Shown: one piece after another, positions 57,952 through 64,000 of the stretch
Position numbering within the stretch: position 1 is the stretch's first letter
How the letters are laid out: each line of letters starts with the position of its first letter
Assembly: GCA_946965045.2 (NCBI GenBank)
Contig: OX337234.1
Location: 868,001-932,000, forward strand
Length of the DNA stretch: 64,000 bases
From: Epithemia pelagica
Taxonomy: Eukaryota; Protista; Bacillariophyta
Direction of reading: 5' to 3'
Notes under the pieces: model-generated
What the model saw: the letters and a program-made list of their open reading frames with translations, nothing else
Told to the model about the DNA's origin: nothing
Databases searched by the model: none
Program-made: the position numbers and the translations under genes

Positions 57952-59449
57952 ATGTCTCTTTCTTCTCCTTTGTTCAACAAGAACCATGGTCTCATGGCCA
58001 CCGCACCGGCTGCTGCCGCTCCTCCTAGTTTGTTGACGCAAGTCGGTATGGCTGGTACTGCCGCTGTTATTACGGTCACCTTTATTCACCCCAGTACGTG
58101 CTTTGTGTCTGCAACAAAGCTGGTAGAATGGTTTTTGCTTGTTCGGTTCGTTGATTTGGTTCCACCATGGCGTGACTCTCACATGCTTTGCTCTCTTGCT
58201 CTCTCGTTTCGCCCTCTTGTTTCTTGGTTGATGGGTTGCAGTTGATGTCGTTAAGGTACGTCCCTGAAGATTGATTCCTTTCCGGGTGACTTTTTGGTCG
58301 TTGTCCTTCGACGACCCTGTCAATGGCTGGGTTTGTCATCCACAATGGTCGATGGGATGGTCGTTGGAGGGCAATGTTGTTGTGGTCTTTTGCTATGGCA
58401 TGAGCGATTGGTCACGATGGAACACGGCCCATTCGACGAATTGGTGCATGCACACCTGTTGAAATCGTATATTTCTCACGTTTTTGTGGTTTTGTTTGCT
58501 GGTATATAGACTCGTATTCAAGTGTCGACCGACTATGGTAAATTGGGCATGTTTGGAACGGCCATGAAGGTCTCGACCGACGAAGGTGTCTTGGCCTTGT
58601 GGAAGGGTGTGAATGCCGCCTGGTTGCGCGAAGCCTCGTACACGTCGTTGCGATTGGGTTTGTACGAACCCGTCAAGGTGGTCTTTGGAGCTGGTGACCC
58701 GGCCACGGCCACGTTTTTGAAAAAGTTTTTGGCCGGAAGTGCTGCCGGTGCCTTGGGATCCCTCGCTGGAAGTAAGTAGTGCTTGTGTGGCTCGGTGATG
58801 TAGAAGGAGTCTTGTGGACGATGGACCACTTTTCGACGACAGTCAAATGACTGTGACCACTTGAAATCAAGAGTTCGTACCAATTTAGTCCATGGCAAAG
58901 AGCATTTCTCACACTTGACCTTGTTTTGGCCTTCTTTCTTCAGACCCCTTTGATGTGTTGAAGACCCGTCTCATGACATCGTCCGGCAAGGAAATGCCTT
59001 CCATGGTCAAGACTGCTGCCGAGTTGTACGCCAACGCCGGTATTATGGGATTCTACCGTGGTATTGACTCCAATATCGCTCGTGCCATGGTGTTGAACGG
59101 TACCAAAATGGGAGTCTACGATCAATCCAAGGGTTACGTTGTTGCCGTCACGGGCTTGTCCAAAAAGTCTCTCATGACGCAATTCTGTTCGGCCGTCATT
59201 GCCGGATTCTTTATGACTTGTACGGTCGCTCCCTTTGATATGATCCGTACCCGACTCATGAACCAACCGTCGGACGCCAAAATCTACAACAATGCCGTCG
59301 ACTGTATGATCAAGATTGCCACTAAAGAAGGACCCTTGACATTCTGGCGTGGCTTCTTGCCCATTTGGTCTCGATTTGCCCCCACCACCACACTGCAATT
59401 GGTCATTTTCGAACAATTGCGAGGATTGATGGGCATGAAGTCGCTTTAA
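57952..59449 (+). CDS. Mitochondrial carrier (oxoglutarate/dicarboxylate/UCP-like); exons 57952-58093, 58242-58255, 58510-58771, 58944-59449
   Basis: Three PxD/ExxKxR signatures (HP-IDVVK-TR, NPFDVLKTR, APFDMIRTR); includes a 14-nt micro-exon. Confidence 0.92.
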
Positions 59450-59551
59450 GTGCGCATGTCTCCTCTTGTTTGCTCCCCTGTCACATTCCACAAAATACAC
59501 CAAGCGCATCCCGTATAAATCAATTCTGTTCATTTGTTCTTTCCGCACTCG

Positions 59552-59591
59552 ATTCATTCATTCATTCATTCATTCATTCATTCATTCATTC
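59552..59591. repeat. (ATTC)n microsatellite
   Basis: About 10 ATTC units. Confidence 0.9.
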
Positions 59592-59910
59592 CTTCTACTT
59601 ACGCGCGTGCATCATGAGAGGATCTGTTTACGAACTGCATGGAACTATTCCCTGTTGACCCGAAAAAAAGACAGATCTGGGTTGGATTCTACAGCCTGAA
59701 TTGAACATTTAAAAGCCGTTCTACTAGTATGGACCAAGTACATGAATACTCCTAGGTTTCTGCCATGCTTGTCGTTTATACCGTTGACTTTTTGACTCTA
59801 TCTAGACAAACTTTCGTGGACATGAGAAACACACGTGAGCAGTCGTTTATGCTGCAGTATGCATGGCAGACACCATGGGGATCAAAGAACTCATCGATCA
59901 CACTTCCTCA

Positions 59911-60816
59911 TTAGAGTTTTGTGAAGGGAATAAAGCGTGGCACTGTATCAAGGTATTTTTCATACTCTGCACCATGAAGCTTGATGAGGTCCGGTTCTTC
60001 AAAATGCATGACAGCAATGAAAATGTACATGGTACAACCCAAAGAGAACAGGAAATGGGGCATGGTCATTAGAGGCGTAGACCAAAACATGATAAACCAA
60101 CCCAACATGATTGGGTGAGCCATGATACGGTAATGCCAACGCGTACTCAACGTGACACTGGTCGTCGTTTCCGGAGATTTACTGAAAGTCTTGTTCGCAA
60201 TGAGATGGGTCGAAGAAGAGGGTCCTCCTTCATTGGAGGGCGGAGTAGGAGCCAAGCCAACGGCCTTGTTCAGGTCAACGCCAGTGCCCTGGGTTAGACC
60301 AAACAAGTGAAAGTGATCATGAGCGAACGTGGCTGTGACAAGGAACTACACGCCAAACAGGTAAAATCCGGTCAAGAAGGAAGCAGCTCGTTCATTTGAG
60401 GTAACATCCCAAATCCAGGGAGCATCAAAGTTGTGCCAAAAGAGCATGAGCAAAACAACACAGAGGTTTGTTTGAACCATGTAGAACGTCCGCTCATACC
60501 GTTTCGGAAGGTTCATCCATTTCTTGACCGCAGGGCGTGCAAACAGAGAATGGCAGAGGCCAAAGAGAGAAAGAAGCGCAAGGTCGATCATGACAGCATG
60601 GTCCCAAGATGTGCGTGGGGCTGAGTCGAGCGTGGGAACCAGCGACATAAAGTCAGGAAGGAAGGTCTTGGGAATCAAAAAGGCAACAAACCATAACAGA
60701 ATGACAAGGAAGGAAACATAGGACAATACCGCGAAGATTGCCGATGATGCCGTTCCCTTCATCTCCTGATTACGAGCGTTGGAAGCTTCCATTGGTTTAC
60801 TTGTTTGGTAGGACAT
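59911..60816 (-). pseudogene. MddA/nurim-like S-methyltransferase copy with one in-frame TAG
   Basis: Collinear with 61360-62268; TAG at 60348-60346 where the paralog has Leu (FGV*FLVT vs FGFLFLVT). Both halves are in the same frame. Confidence 0.8.
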
Positions 60817-61359
60817 GACAGGTAGGACGAGTGATGCGAATGTTGGTTTTGTGAGTTCATACCAACGATAGATTGGAGAATCTCATCTTGCATCTGAGTT
60901 TCCGATGGAAAAACGGAACATCATCAGTCTTTCTTTTTGAGATCGTTTCGTATGGGAGAATGCTTTTGCTTGCGGAAGTGCATAGCATCCGCGGAAGTGC
61001 ATAACATCCCACAGGTTCTCTAGAGCCTTCCGGATGACTTCCTCCTCCTGATTTGCGAGAAGAGGCAACGGGGAGCGCGCGTCGCTTGGCATACTTGCTC
61101 TTGATGAGAGTCAGCCGCACCTCAATACATAGGGGAAAGCTCGCGCCATGCTCGCACAAGGCCGCAATCAAGCGGGGGGACCATATTATTATTGTTGGAG
61201 TTGCAATACTTCCACAAAAAAGTGGCCCCGCCCAACCACTATGGACTCAGCCATTTCTAGTTTTCCTTTCTACTCATATATATAATTTGCAATCAAAACG
61301 ACATATCAGGCGACTGTTCGTAATCACAATATTTACAATTCCCCATAGGATAAACTTTA

Positions 61360-62268
61360 TCATTGACGGTTCTTGGTAAAGGGAATGAAGCGGGGAACTG
61401 AAGTGAGATATTTTTGGTATTCCGCACCATGAATCTTGATGAGATCAGGTTCTTCAAAATGCAACACAGCGATCACAATGTACATTGTAAACATGGCCGA
61501 AAGCAGGAAATGAGACATGGTCATTTGAGCCGTTGACCACATCATAATAAGCACGCCAGTCATGATTGGATGAGCGACGATGCCGTAATGCCAGCGTACG
61601 CTCCTCACGGCTTTGGAATCCGTAGTTTCTTTCGCGATGAGATGCGTCGACTGAGATGCATCAGGTTCAGTTGTGGTCATGTTGGGATTCAAGCCAACCG
61701 CCTTATTCAAGTCAATACCGGTCCCCTGAGAAAGGCCAAACAAGTGAAAGTGATCCAAGGCAAATGTAGAAGTAACGAGGAACAAAAACCCGAATAGGTT
61801 GAATCCTGTGAGGAAGGCCGAAGCTTGTTCGCTTGACGTGACATCCCATATCAAGGGACCATCAAAGTTTCGCCAGAAGAGCATGAGCAAACCCAAACAA
61901 ATATTTGCCTGAATGAGGAAGAAAGATCGTTCACATTGTTTTGGCAGGTTCATCCACTTCTTGACCGCAGGGCGTGCAAAGACAGAGTGACAGATCCCAA
62001 AGAGGGAGACAAGTAGAAAATCGATCAGGATAGCTTGTTCAATGGGTGCATGAGGCGCTGAGTCGAGCGTGGGAACGAGGGACAAAAAGTCAGCAAGGAA
62101 GGCCTTGGGAATTAAAAAGGCAACAAACCATAGTAGAGCAACAAGGGCGGAGGCGTAGGAAAGCAACGCGAAGATCGCCGTTAATGCTGTTCCTTTTATT
62201 TCATGATCGAGATCGTTCGAAGGTACGTTCTTCATTTGTTTGCTTGTTTGGTAGGACATGATAGGCAA
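61360..62268 (-). CDS. MddA/nurim-like membrane S-methyltransferase (ICMT-like), intronless
   Basis: HSVFARP..KKW, ERS, TSTFALDHFHLFGL, HYGIVAHPIM, EEPDL..IHGAEY..Y...VPRFIPF. Confidence 0.85.
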   Translation of the reverse strand: MPIMSYQTSKQMKNVPSNDLDHEIKGTALTAIFALLSYASALVALLWFVAFLIPKAFLADFLSLVPTLDSAPHAPIEQAILIDFLLVSLFGICHSVFARPAVKKWMNLPKQCERSFFLIQANICLGLLMLFWRNFDGPLIWDVTSSEQASAFLTGFNLFGFLFLVTSTFALDHFHLFGLSQGTGIDLNKAVGLNPNMTTTEPDASQSTHLIAKETTDSKAVRSVRWHYGIVAHPIMTGVLIMMWSTAQMTMSHFLLSAMFTMYIVIAVLHFEEPDLIKIHGAEYQKYLTSVPRFIPFTKNRQ

Positions 62269-64000
62269 GGCGATTGATGCGAATGTTGTACTTGTGAGCT
62301 ACTCCATCTGCATCCTCTGAAGATAGGAATATCGGTAGATTGGATCTTGGTTTTCCATAGAAATACCAATACGGAACAACAGTAGCCCAATCCGATGAAG
62401 TCACCCATAGAAAACTGCTTCCGGTTTCCGGTTTCCGGTATCTTTGACTGTGGAATGTGGAAGAGCATAGACTTATTTAAGCCCACAAACCGGCAACTTC
62501 TCAACTTCCGGCAGCTTCCGAGTGGACGGGACAAAACTCGTACAATAATTCGGAGAGCCCTGGGGGAGGACTACACTTAGCTAAGGCAGAGATATGATTG
62601 GTCGAAAACCTCCAAAACCTATGTCGTTCCTACTATATTACTTAGACAAACCTTTGAAAACCTCCAAGGTTTTGAAATATTTGACTATACATTAGACTAG
62701 AGTGACGAAGTAAGACAAGGTTTCCTACCATACAAATTAACGGAGTATCGGACTTAGGAATGGAGGGAATATGGAGGCAATTCATCATGCCGATCCATCG
62801 GCACCCAAAATGGATCGACAATGAGGGTACCGATAGAGCGCCAAAAAACTTCCTATCACCACGGCAAACGAAAAACAACAATCAAACAAATTTTGCAATG
62901 GTCATAAACAGGGGATTATTACATGCATGGAAAAAAGCTAGCGCTTAAAAAAAACCATGGCAGGTGAAGGCCTTAATGGCAGCAGCAACAGCGCGGCCAA
63001 GAGCTTGAGCAACCCATACGTTGGATGGACACCGCAGCCACTACCACAAGCGATCTGCAACAGCACAGAACGGAACGAAACACGTGTTCCCACCGGCTTT
63101 CCTTTAGTTTCGGACTTATTTGGAGAGAGAGGAGAGAGGAAAATGGGAGTCCAAAGCCAAAAGCGAGTTACAAACAGTAGAGCAATCCGCAGGAGACCAG
63201 AGCATCAGTACAAGTCATCAACAGCATCTAAGGAGGGAAATGGGCCCTGGCGCTTGATTTCCACCCCCAAAAGCGAATTTCTAGAAAAAATTCATCGAAT
63301 TAAAATTTTTTATGCGCAGTTTATTTTTATATGCGCAGTTTTTAACTATAATCCTGCTTTCCCAACTAAATCTGCAAATCTAGGTCTAACAATGCACATT
63401 TCTCTAGCTAGTTCTAGAGATTGAGCTAACTATCACGCGCATGCAACAATTTTAATGCGCACAAGCCCGCGATCAAACCATGAATAACGCGCGCCACACT
63501 CCGATAATGCGCACTGCAACTATCTGGCGCGCTCGACCCCCCCGAGACGCGCATGACGCAACCCTCATGCGCAAGCGTCTGTCCCCTCACCTTTGAATCA
63601 CGAATTTCCACTCCCACCACATCACACAGCAGCTGCCAGAAAGACTGACGCACATGGATGTCCCAAAAAATGTCTCAGACGGATCCTCCTTCCCAATCAC
63701 CCAAACCGCGGGGATTACCAACTCGACACTCTGATCCATCGAACAAAACCGAACAACTTAGCATACTAGTCATTCAACAATCAACGACCACCAGAATCGA
63801 TGCTCATTCATCTCCCTCCACCTCCACCCAACACACCACAACAAACAACAACAGTAGCAGCAGCAACAACAGCAATCGATCACCCAACGCTATCGAGATT
63901 CCCCTGTTCAATCCCATTATCTATCCAGCTTCTTTCATCAACCTAACAGCTCTGCCATTCCAATCACGCTACAATTAAAGCGGCTTGGGGCATCTGTCTG

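Noticed and set aside
62957-64000. ORFs 62957-63424 and 63658-63978
   Set aside because: Low complexity and no motifs; possibly the start of a gene beyond the window, but unsupported.

Overview
Eukaryotic, intron-containing DNA that reads as a pennate-diatom nuclear genome (inferred from diatom-type Copia elements, short GT-AG introns, bipartite plastid-targeting presequences and silaffin-like proteins). The window mixes housekeeping genes (PDI-C/ERGIC thioredoxin, RING protein, TELO2, DUF4239-like, Zn-finger factor, p24, MAP1, aspartyl aminopeptidase, mitochondrial carrier) with a rich accessory fraction. (1) Two related transposase-less DNA elements with TACCCCC termini and nested asymmetric inverted repeats: the complete one (11660-14515) has a perfect 9-bp TSD and a RecQ-like helicase (AcademH-like); the other (~3921-6015) carries ABC-ATPase and LRR fragments instead. 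(2) Two Copia LTR elements: one with an in-frame gag-UGA-pol junction followed by a long stem-loop (readthrough candidate), the other young but defective, with no tRNA PBS and a 15-nt PBS/LTR complementarity suggesting Tf1-style self-priming. (3) Three tandem secreted proteins joining a silicanin-like domain to silaffin-like tails. (4) An island of P-loop NTPase, REase, kinase and RNI-LRR genes and pseudogenes. (5) A tandem pair of MddA/nurim-like methyltransferases. Family assignments come from motif recognition by eye; no searches were run.
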